Shown here: piece after piece, positions 14,260-26,620 of the stretch
Numbering within the stretch: the first letter of the stretch is position 1
Layout of the letters: the number at the start of each line of letters is the position of its first letter
DNA from: Octopus sinensis
Lineage: Eukaryota
Length of the DNA stretch: 64,000 bases
Direction of reading: 5' to 3'
NCBI RefSeq assembly: GCF_006345805.1
Contig: NC_043012.1
Span: 46,810,001 to 46,874,000, forward strand
Position numbers and translations under genes: made by a program
The notes under the pieces: generated by a model
Seen by the model: the letters and a program-made list of their open reading frames with translations, nothing else
What the model was told of the DNA's origin: nothing
Database searches by the model: none

Positions 14260-14920
14260 GTTCTGGGTGGAAATTCCGCCGAGAGTTGCTTTGCCTTCAG
14301 CATTTAAAGGTCGATAAATAAATATCAGTTGAGTTTTAGGCTAGATGTAAGCGACTAGCCTCCTCCTCCAAAATTTCGGGGCTTCTGCTTATAGTAGAAA
14401 TTGGCGAGCAGGCAGAATCTTTAGCTTGCCAGGCAGGATGGTTAGTGGTATTTCGTCCTACGTTCAAATTCTGCCGAGGTCGGCTTGGCCTTTTATCCTT
14501 TCGGGGTCGATAAATTAAGTACCAGTAAAACATTGAGGTCGGTAAAATCGACTAACCCCTTCCCAACAAATTTTCAGGCTCTGTGTCTTTGGCAGAAAGG
14601 ATTATTGTTATTGCTGTTGTTACTGTTGTTAAATCGGCAAACTGGCAGAATCATTAGCATGCCGGGTAAACTGCTTAGCGACATTTAGTCTGTCTTAACG
14701 TTCTGAGTTCAACTTCCAACGAGGTCAACTTTGCCTTTCATCCTTTCGGGGTAAATAAAATTAGTACCAGTTACCTATTGGGGGTGAATGTAATCGACTA
14801 TCCTCAATTTCAGGCCTTGTGCTTATAGTTAATAATATTAGTCGATGAGCGGGCAAAAGAAAACGCTTTGTAGCATTTCGTTCTGTGCTCAAATTCCGCT
14901 GAGTTTGTCTTTGTCTTTAG
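14260..14920. mobile_element. Cluster of SINE family A copies (14340-14530 minus; 14530-14605, 14635-14830, 14845-14920 plus)
   Basis: Repeated ctggcagaatc…gttcaaattc…gcctttcatcctttcggggtcgataaattaagtaccag motifs in both orientations. Confidence 0.75.
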
Positions 14921-14941
14921 TCATCTCCAAACCAATAAAAC

Positions 14942-15010
<69 letters not shown>

Positions 15011-15017
<7 letters not shown>

Positions 15018-15733
15018 TGGGACTCGACTCGTGACCGAATAAGACCACATCCGAAAAGATAACTTCACTCTACAATCCACGAAACGTAACTTCTTGTCTT
15101 CCTCATCATTTATAACCTCTCATTAAAGCTCCTTATGCCTTCAAGGAACTTACAAGATATTCGCACCGATCAAAGGGCAACCACTTAGTAGTAACTCCAC
15201 CAGTTGGATGTTGGAGCTTACTATATTAATTCAGACCATCACGCACATGTCATTAATATATAAAATAGAGTATAATATAATATAACATAATATAATATAT
15301 ATATATATAATATAATATTGTTTTATCCTTTTAATAATCTGAAGTGCGACGTAATGCACATACATACATACATACATACATACATACATACATACATACA
15401 TACAAATATACATACATACACACATACATACATACACACATGCATACATACATACACACAAACATGCATACATACATACATATATACATACATACACACA
15501 TACATACATACATCATTTTTGTTCATTTTCCATTGCTAGACAAAGGCGTCAGCATGTTCCCTCCACCAACGACGGTCTCGTGTTTTCTCATCCATATTTG
15601 GGTGCCGAAGAATTTTTAACAATCCTCATTCCAACGTCTTTTTTTTCTGGGCGTGATGTCCAGTGTGTCAATCTGATATTCCATGTAATATAACATAATA
15701 TAATATATATATATATGTATGCATGAATATATA

Positions 15734-15775
<42 letters not shown>

Positions 15776-16490
15776 TGGGACTCGACTCGTGACCGAATAA
15801 GACCACATCCGAAAAGATAACTTCACTCTACAATCCACGAAACGTAACTTCTTGTCTTCCTCATCATTTATAACCTCTCATTAAAGCTCCTTATGCCTTC
15901 AAGGAACTTACAAGATATTCGCACCGATCAAAGGGCAACCACTTAGTAGTAACTCCACCAGTTGGATGTTGGAGCTTACTATATTAATTCAGACCATCAC
16001 GCACATGTCATTAATATATAAAATAGAGTATAATATAATATAACATAATATATAATATAATATTGTTTTATCCTTTTAATAATCTGAAGTGCGACGTAAT
16101 GCACATACATACATACATACATACACATACATACATACATACATACATACAAATATACATACATACACACATACATACATACACACATGCATACATACAT
16201 ACACACAAACATGCATACATACATACATATATACATACATACATACACACATACATACATACATCATTTTTGTTCATTTTCCATTGCTAGACAAAGGCGT
16301 CAGCATGTTCCCTCCACCAACGACGGTCTCGTGTTTTCTCATCCATATTTGGGTGCCGAAGAATTTTTAACAATCCTCATTCCAACGTCTTTTTTTTCTG
16401 GGCGTGATGTCCAGTGTGTTAATCTGATATTCCATGTAATATAACATAATATAATATATATATATATGTATGCATGAATATATATATATA
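15011..16490. repeat. Tandem duplication with a ~760-bp unit
   Basis: The block starting aaatagtgggactcgactcgtgaccg occurs at 15011 and 15771. The unique sequence is near-identical; the embedded microsatellites differ in length. Confidence 0.9.
15520..15690 (-). mobile_element. RTE LINE 3' end (second copy at ~16270-16440)
   Basis: Minus strand encodes TPRKKRRWNEDC*KFFGTQIWMR and RDRRWWREHADAFV*QW, the RTE ORF C-terminal signature, followed by a microsatellite tail. Confidence 0.65.
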
Positions 16491-16505
16491 AATCTATACA
16501 TGCAT

Positions 16506-16548
<43 letters not shown>

Positions 16549-16569
16549 CATACATACATACATATGTAT

Positions 16570-16770
16570 ATATCTATGTATGTGTCTTTGTGTCTGTGTT
16601 TGTCACACACCACCGCTTGATAACCAATGGTGGTGTGTTTACGTCCTCGTAACTTATTGGTTCGGCAAATGAGCCCGATGCAGTAACTACCAGGCTTTAA
16701 AACCCTTGAAGGTAGTGCTCCTTCATGGCTGCATTCAAATGATTGAAACAAAAGATAAAAGATATGTTGA
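16570..16770 (+). mobile_element. SINE family B, 3' part
   Basis: tgtgtctgtgtttgtc…gcttgataaccaatggtggtgtgtttacgtcc…aaatgattgaaacaaaagataaaaga. Confidence 0.7.
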
Positions 16771-16812
16771 CAGTTAGTTAGTTAGACAGACATATAGATA
16801 GATAGATAGATG

Positions 16813-16921
<109 letters not shown>

Positions 16922-17324
16922 GTAGATAGATAGAGATATGTATAAGTATGTATGTATTTCATTATATTATAAATCCGTGTCTCGAGTGAAAACTTATTCC
17001 TAAATAATTATATCGAGAGTGGGTATGTGCTTTCAAATTCGACTAAAATATATCCATTATATTAACTCTACCCTTCTTGTAGATGTCTTGAAAGCATATA
17101 TCTATATATGTATATATGATTATACTTACGAACACAGCCACCATACATATATATGTATATATACATTCATGTATAATTACTTGTATATATGTGGTGCACA
17201 TTTATACATATGCACATATGTTTGGTTTTCGCTGAAACGAAAACAATTGCAGCGTGGAAGGTGTTTGTAAGCCATTTAAGAAACACACAAAAGCCGTTCG
17301 ATTCACTTCAACATTTAAGTTTAA

Positions 17325-17372
17325 TTGTCAAAATATTTTCGTCGCTAAAATCCGCGATCTGTTCACTGACAA
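17325..17372 (-). ncRNA. Hammerhead-like motif with G3-C8 core variant
   Basis: UUGUCA-GUGAACA-G-AUCGC(GGAUUUUA)GCGAC-GAAAA-UA-UUU-UGACAA: 6-bp stem I, stem II hairpin (one A-C mismatch), GAAA, and a palindromic helix III. Confidence 0.5.
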
Positions 17373-17452
17373 AAATCAGTGCTGCATCTGAGAAAGTAAC
17401 AGTTAGTTCGTCATATATATGTACGTATGTATGTGTGTATGTATGCATACAC

Positions 17453-17483
<31 letters not shown>

Positions 17484-17946
17484 TGCATGTACATACATAC
17501 GCCTGTGTATGAATGTATGTATGTATGTATGTATGTATGCATATATGTATGTGTGTGTATATGCTCGCACATACACACTATAAACATAAAGCTATAAACC
17601 TGTAGTGATGGATAGATGTAGAGTGATATTATTGTGATGAGTGGTCACTCTACATCTATCCATCACTACAGGTTTATAGCTTTATGTTTATAGTATGTAT
17701 GTGCGTGCATATACACACACACACACACACATACATACATACATACATACATACATACATACATACATACATACATACATACATACATGCATACATACAT
17801 ACATACATACATACATACACACATACATACATACATACATACATACATACATACATACATGCATACATATGTGTATGCATACATGCACACATACATACGT
17901 ACATATTTATGACGAACTAACTGTTCTCAGATGGAGCACGGATTTA

Positions 17947-17992
17947 TGTCAGTGAACAGGTCGCGGATTTTAGCGACGAAAATATTTTGAGA
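17947..17992 (+). ncRNA. Hammerhead-like motif with G3-C8 core variant (mirror copy)
   Basis: UGUCA-GUGAACA-G-GUCGC(GGAUUUUA)GCGAC-GAAAA-UA-UUU-UGAGA: perfect 5-bp stem II, one stem I mismatch. Confidence 0.5.
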
Positions 17993-18071
17993 AATTAAAC
18001 TTAAATGTTGAAGTGAATCGAACGGCTTTTGTGTGTTTCTTAAATGGCTTACAAACACCTTCCACGCTGCA

Positions 18072-18139
<68 letters not shown>

Positions 18140-18142
18140 ATA

Positions 18143-18176
18143 TAATAAAATATTAGGGAGTAAATCCAAACTTATA

Positions 18177-18221
<45 letters not shown>

Positions 18222-18238
18222 TATACATGCATACATAT

Positions 18239-18309
<71 letters not shown>

Positions 18310-18333
18310 TTATGTATGCATGTATAGTGATAT

Positions 18334-18367
<34 letters not shown>

Positions 18368-18394
18368 AGTTTGGATTTACTCCTAATATTTTAT

Positions 18395-18396
<2 letters not shown>
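18143..18396. repeat. Small inverted repeat (~32-bp arms) enclosing (TA)n
   Basis: taataaaatattagggagtaaatccaaactta (18143-18174) and its reverse complement with a 1-nt indel (18366-18396). Confidence 0.85.
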
Positions 18397-18426
<30 letters not shown>

Positions 18427-19493
18427 TATATGTAAGTAGATAGATAAGAACATCTTCAATATTATTAAGATTAATTTCATTAAGATTTCTTGAATGGTTG
18501 TAAAGTCTCAGACTAGGAATAATATAATTAATGTTTTTTAAAATATTATTTCATTTCTACTATCTGAAGAAGAAAATACCAGAGGTCCCGAAGATTATTT
18601 TGTGTTTTATACTTGCAATTTAAGCTTTTGAAATTTGTTGAAAGGTCTCGAAAAATGAACTAAGTTTAAGCTGAAGTTAAAATGTCATATGCAATACGTA
18701 GTGTGTTATCTGAATTTGCTTGCAAGAGGTCAATATTGTCAAAGGTTTACCGTCGAAATTTTACATGTAGCATTTATGATAAATTAGCAAAAATAAAATA
18801 GCAACATGAACTGAATCGTTAATGAGATGCTTGCTTGTAGATTATTCTTGGTCATTGTGACCTTGCATATTTTTAATGCTGCATTATTTGGCATGTAGAT
18901 TCGATTTTTATTTTAGTATTCAAGCTATCTGAAGATCACTTGCATATCAGGAAGCTACGTTTCAATCCATTGTAGAATTTACGAGAATAAACACTTTCTT
19001 GTTCATTCTTTGTTTACTTAAAAGGAAGATGTTAAGAAACGAAACGATAAATTCTTCCATTGATATGCTTTGTTTATATCATAACATATTATATTATCTC
19101 TCCGAATAATACAACTGTAAATTTCCGATTCCAATGGTTTGATCTAATGACTTTGAAATAAAATGGACTTATCATTAAACATGGATAACGACAAATTTAT
19201 TAGTAACAGCTAAGAGCTTCTTTCATGGCATCAGTTTGTGTTTTTTCCTGAATGCATTAAAGTATTTTCTTCCCTCCCTTACACATGTATGCCAGCAATA
19301 AAAATTTGTTAATCAACACATTACGTAAAATACAACGAAGCATTTTCGACAATCGTGGCACTATGTTTCGTAGTGTTCGTTTCTTATCCAAACCCTTACT
19401 TCAAACGTGTTTTAATCAATATTATTTGCTTCGTTGTGATTTAAACCACATAATCGCGTTGATTAACTCCATGGAAGGAATCTCTTTCTATGC

Positions 19494-19530
<37 letters not shown>

Positions 19531-19805
19531 TGACGTTTTAGATAGTTATAAGTTTAAGTTTTGAAGGAAACACAGAACGGAATTAGGTCGGGAGCTAATA
19601 AGAGATAATAATACTAGGAAATGCGTTTGCATTACAGGAATTGTTGAGAGTTAGTAGTTACGAATTACGAATTAAGAGCTAAGCATATAATGCAAACATT
19701 ATAAATTTTGGAACACTTATTTGAGCTCGAAAAAGCAATCAAAGCTATGAGTGGAATAAAAATATTATCATTCGTTTTTAAGACATTGATTGCTCAAAAT
19801 ATTTA

Positions 19806-20026
19806 TATGGTGAGCGTGCTGAAAAGTTCCTGGCTTTAAGGATATCATGAAAATGCTGTTTCACAGTCCAAACTTCCGAGTTATTTTATAGGGTTGAGAA
19901 AAACTGAAGGGCCGCTGCAATATGTGTGTGAATCTGGGAGGGAAATATGTTGAATAAAATCATAATTCACTGGTCCTCCTGCATTTAAGTTTACCCCAAA
20001 CCAGGACTTTTCAGCACAACCTCGTA
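19806..20026 (+). mobile_element. Mariner-derived MITE or internal-deletion element
   Basis: Imperfect TIRs gtgctgaaaagttcctgg / ccaggacttttcagcac…ctcgta. The interior resembles a degenerate mariner transposase C-terminus. Confidence 0.7.
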
Positions 20027-20905
20027 CGTATAGATAAGTTGCTGAAAGCGGAAACAAACAGTTGTGGAGACAGTAGAGGCAAATACAGATTTATGGGTTT
20101 TTTAGAAACGGTAGATATTTTAATCTTAGTAAAGTTTTAAACTAGAAAACAGGCGCTTGAAAATGTATACGTGTGCTCATAGAAATTCTCTGACCACAAA
20201 TATCACACTTTCGTAATACATTATTTCTACGAATTATCCCACTACAAATACATATTAAAAACACATAGAGACGCATATATATAGATGGATAGAATATATT
20301 GATTTCAAATGTTGAAACAAGTCCACTAATTTCGGGGTAGGAGATAAATGAATCACATCAACCCCAGTAAAGATGGAGCTGTCTTGCGTATTTTTGCCTT
20401 GTGCTTTCGGTACGTATTATAGCTACCTGATTATGCATTCGTTAGCGATCCTTCTGACGAGCTACAGATACCATTTTCATTTATTTGGTCATTAATAGCG
20501 AAACTCGAGTATAGGCTTAACTAATTTTTTATTCACTCTAGTGTTTATTAGCAGCGTGCGTTAAGGGTTAGAGTTGGGTTCCTTTTTTTATGGTTTGGGT
20601 TTAACTGCCCTTTTAGCATGCAAGAGGTCCTGTCAAGAGCCTTCTCTCCGTCTATAAATCTTTATACACACTTATTTATAAAACTATTTTGTCTTATGAC
20701 TTATATTAAACATGCAAACCACTGGTAATGAATCATTTTAATTTTTTACCCCCAAACTTATATAAATATTTAAATTTCTCCCCCGCTTCTAATTCTTAGC
20801 AGGCCGTCTTTCTCTCCGCCCCCTCCGCTGAATACAACCGCAGAAGGCAGCAGCAGCAGCGACAACGGCGGTCATCAGTCAAATTTCACACTTATACATA
20901 TACAT

Positions 20906-21525
20906 ACTAGATTACCCGTGGCCCGTTAGGTCACATATATTTCAAGGGACCTTGAAAAACTCGGAAACCCGTGGTCCGATTTACGCGAAACTTGTTTTAT
21001 TCTGTTTGTATTCACATTTCAATGGTACTTTACATTCAAAGTCCCTTCCCATTGTGTGCCGGTTTGGCTATTTATAATGGTACCTTAAACAACCACTTAT
21101 CTCGGTAACTCTTGGTTGGATTCGCGTGAAACTTGTTTTATTCCATTTGTATTCACAATGATACCATAGTTTCAAAGTATGCGCGGGTTTGGCTGTATTC
21201 AATTACAGTCAAGCACGCATATAAGCAAATACACCAGCAGGCGGTCATAAAGATACCTGAAAATGGTGCGTAACTCGAGAACTCATGGTTCCGATTTACG
21301 CGAAACTTGTCTTATTCTGCTTGTATTCCCATTTCAGGAGCGTCTTACTTTCAGAATATTTTAGCACTTTGCGTCGCTTTGGCTGTATTAACTTACAGAC
21401 AAGCACGCACCCAAGAAAGCTCGCAAACAAAGCTCTCCAAGTGTTCCCAGTAAAGAGTAATAACTCCAATAATTCCAATAACTCCAGACAAGCACGCAAG
21501 CAAGCAATCTCTGACTTTTTAGTAT

Positions 21526-21530
<5 letters not shown>
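20906..21530 (+). mobile_element. Helentron-associated (HINE/DINE-1-like) non-autonomous element
   Basis: Starts ACTAGattacccgtggcccg and ends gactttttagtattatat. Contains three internal copies of (g/c)cgatttacgcgaaacttgt(t/c)ttattc at ~20975, ~21120 and ~21290, the architecture of HINE elements. Confidence 0.55.
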
Positions 21531-21584
<54 letters not shown>

Positions 21585-21719
21585 GCTCCTTTTCATTTTC
21601 ATCTTCTCTAGACAGTTTCCAGTTTCCCTGTATCCGATGAAGAGCCATGTCGAAAACTCATTCCTGTTGATATTTTTCTAATTCTATCTAAACTTTCACT
21701 GAGCGTCAATCTAATATAT

Positions 21720-23125
21720 TGGCTGTAAACGTGTCCAATTGAATGAGTGTGTCCAGAAAGGTACAGTGCTTGCGTTGATGGTGACTGGAAGGACAACACT
21801 TATAATGAAAGATAGAAGAAAGGGGAATATTGTGGGAACCTACCGTCCCATACCATGCCTAAACATAATCTGGAAGATACACGATGGAATATGTGCGTCT
21901 AAGACATATACCTTCCTGGAACAGGAAGAAATACTACCAAGGTAACAAAAAGGATGTAGGAAGAGTTCTTAGAGTACTAAGGATCACTTGGTCATCGATA
22001 AAATGTTTTGAGGCATTGTTATAAACATCATACAAACATGTCTATGGTTTGGTTTCAATTTAAGAAGCCATATGATATGATGCCTCATTCTTGGATCGTT
22101 GAATGCCTGCACAATGTTTGGTGTTGCTGAAAACATCACAGATTTTCTGATATATAGCATGAAATAGTGGAAAACCAAATTGTACTTAAGTAATGTATTC
22201 CTTTGAGAAGTTAATATTAAAAGGGGAATCTTCCAAGGGGACTCGTTTTCTCTGTTACTTTTTACAATTGCACTAATACCTATAACGATGACACTTAGAA
22301 AAGTTAGGATGGGTTACCGATGTTGGATGAAAGGCCCATCATTGAACTGTTTGATATTCTTTAGCCAAAAACAGTCCAGAAATGTGGTAGGGAGATCGGT
22401 ATGGAATTTGAGATTAGCAAATGCTCAGTACTTAATATGAAAAGAGGGAAGAAAGCATCCTGCATAAGATTACGGTTACCATCAGGAGAGACCATGGTTG
22501 AACCAGACGGTAGTGCGTATAGATATTTAAGGATGTTGGAGCTACACAGAGAAATGAAAGTCAAGGTCAGCGAGGCGTATAAAAAAAGTGAAAATGATGT
22601 TGAAATCCAACCTAAATGCCAAATGGCATTACTGCAATGAATATCTGGGCAGTTATGTAGGTCAGATATAGTGCGTTCATCCACAATTTGGACTAAGGAA
22701 GAAATACCAACACTGTATAGGACGAAAAATTTGATGACGCTGCATGGGGCGCTACACTCTAAAGCAAACGTAAACAGATTGTATATGAAAGGAAATAATG
22801 GTGGCAGGGGACCAATTAGTATAGACCATTGTATAAGGAACGAAAGGTGAACGCTTGCCGACTATTTGATAAATAGTGATGAAAATCTGCTGCAATATGC
22901 CGCGAAAGATATAGGTGTAAATGCAGATGAAATGATTGGCAAGGAAGAGTTTAACCAAAGAGCTGAATAGAAGAGAAAAGACGACCTTCTTGAAATGAGA
23001 ATGCATTGACAGTTTGAAAGGAATACACAGGACGTTAAGGATAATACAACATCGTGGGTATGGCTTGAGCGAGGTGATTTGAAGCGTACCACTGAAAGCC
23101 TGATCATTGCTGTACAAGATGCATA
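21720..23125 (+). mobile_element. R4/Dong-like LINE fragment (RT domain)
   Basis: YRPIPCLNIIWK, EILPR*QKGCRKSS, DHLVIDK, KKPYDMMPHSWIVECL, GIFQGDSFSLLLF, GMEFEISKC and TTESLIIAVQD, with frameshifts. Confidence 0.8.
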
Positions 23126-23789
23126 CATATGTGTGTGCGTGCGTGCGTGCGTGCGTGTGTGTGTGTGTGTGTAGTAGTAGTAGTAGTAGTAGAAACTATC
23201 TGCTAGCCCTCTAGCTTGACTATTGCGAATCATATTGTTTACAAAATAAGCGAAATACAAAGCATAATAAATATTCGATTTCCGAGGTTTTGGTCAAGAA
23301 ACAACTCACCTTTGTGCTTAGGATTAACTTATAGCTAAAAATTGAATTGCGTTCTGCGACAGCTGCTTCTGATTATATGCATGCATGCATGAAAGTATAC
23401 ATGTATATATCTATGTATGTAAGGAGAGAAATGTGAGGCAGTAAACGAAATGGTCAAATCTTCCTCTAACCGGTTTGTCATAATTGATCTTTTGCTCGCT
23501 CTGTCAATAGTGAGATGTAGATCTACAGAAATGATGGTGTCTACTCAAAGTGGTCGGTGTTTATACAATATTTTGGACTTCTCCATCGTTTCTGGTTTCG
23601 TTCTGTCATGTCTGGATGTCCATGTGTTCGAATGTTAATATACTGAAATTAATGTCAAATATATGTGTGTGTGTGGTGTGTGTGTGTGCGTGTGCATGTA
23701 TATAAGACGGGCTTCTTTCAGTTTCCATCTACCAAATCCACACACAATACTTTCGTCGGTGTAAAGATATATAGAAGACACCATATGGG

Positions 23790-23909
<120 letters not shown>

Positions 23910-24103
23910 TAGATAGATAGATATAGATAGATAGATAGATATAGATACATATATATATATATATATATATAATAATTTGTAATTATATACATACTTACGA
24001 CTAGGGTTCGGCTTCCACCTGTCTCTTCTATGCATATATATATATATATATATATGCATGTATGCATACTTAGACACACACACGCACACACACACACACA
24101 CAC

Positions 24104-24145
<42 letters not shown>

Positions 24146-24269
24146 TATTTATATTATTATTTGATTGAACGTCACGCATCCAGTTCCAAGTAACTTTATC
24201 TTAATCTTTTTGATGCGACTCTACTCTATACTATTTTCTCTCCCATCTTTTTCTCCCCTTCACCGTCTT

Positions 24270-24785
24270 CTATCTGTCGCTCTCTCTCTCTTCCCTCCTT
24301 CCTCTCTCTCTCTCTCTGGCATTGCTCACACGTGACTCTCGTACATTTTTCGTATCCTCACGTGATCGTCGTACTTCTCCTTCAAGACTGTACAAAACAC
24401 TGGACGCATTCTCCCTCTCACTTCTATCTTGTCTCTTTTCAACGAAAACATTTCTCCAACATTCGCTATTTTAACCTCGTCCTTCCATGTTCGTTTTCGT
24501 TCGGCTTCCTTGTACGTCTCCAATGTCCTGTTTTTGTTTCCAACTTTGATCCTCCATAAATCCAAAATTTTATTTTGGTACTTATGGGAGTAACAGTCTT
24601 CGAAGACTCATATTGTCGTTGAATGTTTGAAATGAAGGGTAGATAGACAGCCGAGATCTGATGAAGGGTCGATCTTTATGTTACTCTTCCTGTTTTCCGT
24701 TCGTTTCTCTCGTTGCTTGCGTATTGAACTCATTTGTTTTCGTATTTTATATTGTTTAATGTTGGTGACGTCCTGTATCCATATA
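24270..24785 (+). repeat. Unclassified interspersed repeat (homologous to 37445-37900 minus), ending with a 5'-half hammerhead core
   Basis: Shared blocks with the 37.5-kb copy: cctgttttt…ccaactttga…ttttattttggt…acagccga(ga/ca)(t/a)CTGATGAAGGGtcg(a/t)tctttatgtt…gtgacg. Confidence 0.65.
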
Positions 24786-24788
24786 TGC

Positions 24789-24830
<42 letters not shown>

Positions 24831-25399
24831 TCACACACAATGCATGTATACATTTATACGTACTTAACTATATCCTAATAAACATTTTATATTTTTTGAA
24901 TGATCTAATACAAACTCTTTGGAAATAAGTTTAAACTTTTCTACTCTAAAGGTTAATCTGAAACCAATGCATTCTTTCAATGCATACTACAAACTTACTT
25001 TCATGACTGTAATTGAGATTTAACATTTAAATTGAGCAACACATAATTGTTTTTATTGATTGAGTAAATTACATTGCATTCGAATAAAAAAAATTTCTTG
25101 CTCAAGATATGAAGGTCGGTCACTGATTATGCTTTTCTTTAGCGAATTAACCTTACAAACTTAATTCCTACAATTACCAATCAATTTACCCGAATTACAA
25201 TACAAACTCGTACTTGCCCAAGTGTAACATCTGCTTTTCTCAGGTATGTATTATTAAAGAACAATGTAAAAGTATCTGAAATTAGTTAAGTTTCTCAGTA
25301 TAATTTTCTACTAAATTCATTTTTTTTTAAATGCATGTTTAACTTGTCATACTGGTTTCAAATATTGCTTTAACTTAAAATATTAAAACATCACTCAAT

Positions 25400-25605
25400 G
25401 GGATGAGTTGGCAGAATAGTTAGCACGCCGGTCAAAACCCATAGCGGCATTTTATCTGTCTTTACGGCCTGGTTTTAAATTATGCCGAGGTCCACTTTGA
25501 TTCTCATCCCTTCGGCGTCGATAAAATAAGAATTAGCTGGAGTTCGTTTTCATTGACTTATTGACTCTAGGAATTGCTGACCTTGTGCCAAAATTTGAAA
25601 CCCAT
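25400..25605 (+). mobile_element. SINE family A
   Basis: gatgagttggcagaatagttagcacgccgg…tctcatcccttcggcgtcgataaaataag…ccttgtgccaaaatttgaaac. Confidence 0.75.
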
Positions 25606-26129
25606 ATTATAGCATCTCTCGTGATGAAACGACTCCGATGTTTTACTATTTGTACTATTTTCTGATCCTGTTGATACTGTATACGCTGTGTTATTTGATA
25701 TCTATTTAAAAGTGGAACGCTGCATATACAAAATCAATGCATAAAGACAGTTATCTAATTTCTATTTCAGTTGAACCGACTTTATGGAACCAATTATTCA
25801 CAAAATTACATTTCTTTCGTAGACATTGTCATTGTAATATCGCGTGTCCCAGCATGGCCGCAGTGAAATATCTGAAACAAGGAAAAGTATGAAAGAATAA
25901 ATGAATAACGTTAAATTGCATATAATCGTAAGTCACTCGTAAATCCGAGCTACTGTTATTCGTCTTCGAATCATATGATGAGAAATACATTGTATATTTA
26001 GTGGACGATGTCACATTTCTTTAGATTAATTCAATTATATGAAGTAACATTATGCATGGAGGAAACCGGATTATATCTTCGAAATAAATAGTGTTGCGAA
26101 AACTGAGACAATTAGTCTTCATAAGAAAG

Positions 26130-26620
26130 TCTTCCCCGTGCACTCTGCATGTTAGATAATCTCTGTGACAAGTGAAGACGTTTAACTATCACGGAGCTAT
26201 ATTCACATATGATGAGAAATAGGAGGCTGAGTCGGATGCTATACCTGCAGATGGGAACGCAGTAATACGCCAGCTTCACCATTTGATCCTCAGGACACGA
26301 GAGGTTCGCAAAAATCCTAAAATTAATATCTTCGATAATGTTTTCGTGCTTGTCCCCACATATGGTGAAGAATGTTAGGCAATGACTAAAAGCGTACAGT
26401 GGCGAATATAGATCGCTAAAATGAAGTTCCTCTCGAAGATCTCTTGTGTAACGTTACTCGACAATTTAACGAATTTTTCCAGTTCGAAGTGGCACATTCT
26501 CCTTGAGGCGTTTCAACTCCGATACTACTAACATGTGCTTAAAATGTCGCAGGAAGAAATAACTAGGCTGATGCTTCATGTCAAGCAAATTGACAGAAAC
26601 CCTACTGGGTATATTATCAA
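26130..26620 (+). mobile_element. RTE-type LINE fragment (post-RT region)
   Basis: Degenerate translation GAIFTYDEK*EAESDAIPADGNAVIRQLHHL…KINIFDNVFVLVPTYGEE…IAKMKFLSKI, resembling the GVVFTSDGRQE…YGHESW…EMRFLRRI region. Confidence 0.6.

Larger units (their letters stand above)
17243..18076. repeat. ~834-bp fold-back palindrome with an 18-bp spacer (17627-17644)
   Basis: Outer ~165-bp arms are inverted (17243-17410 and 17910-18076). (TATG)n/(CATA)n arms follow, then a perfect 50-bp inverted repeat at 17577-17626 and 17645-17694. Confidence 0.92.
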
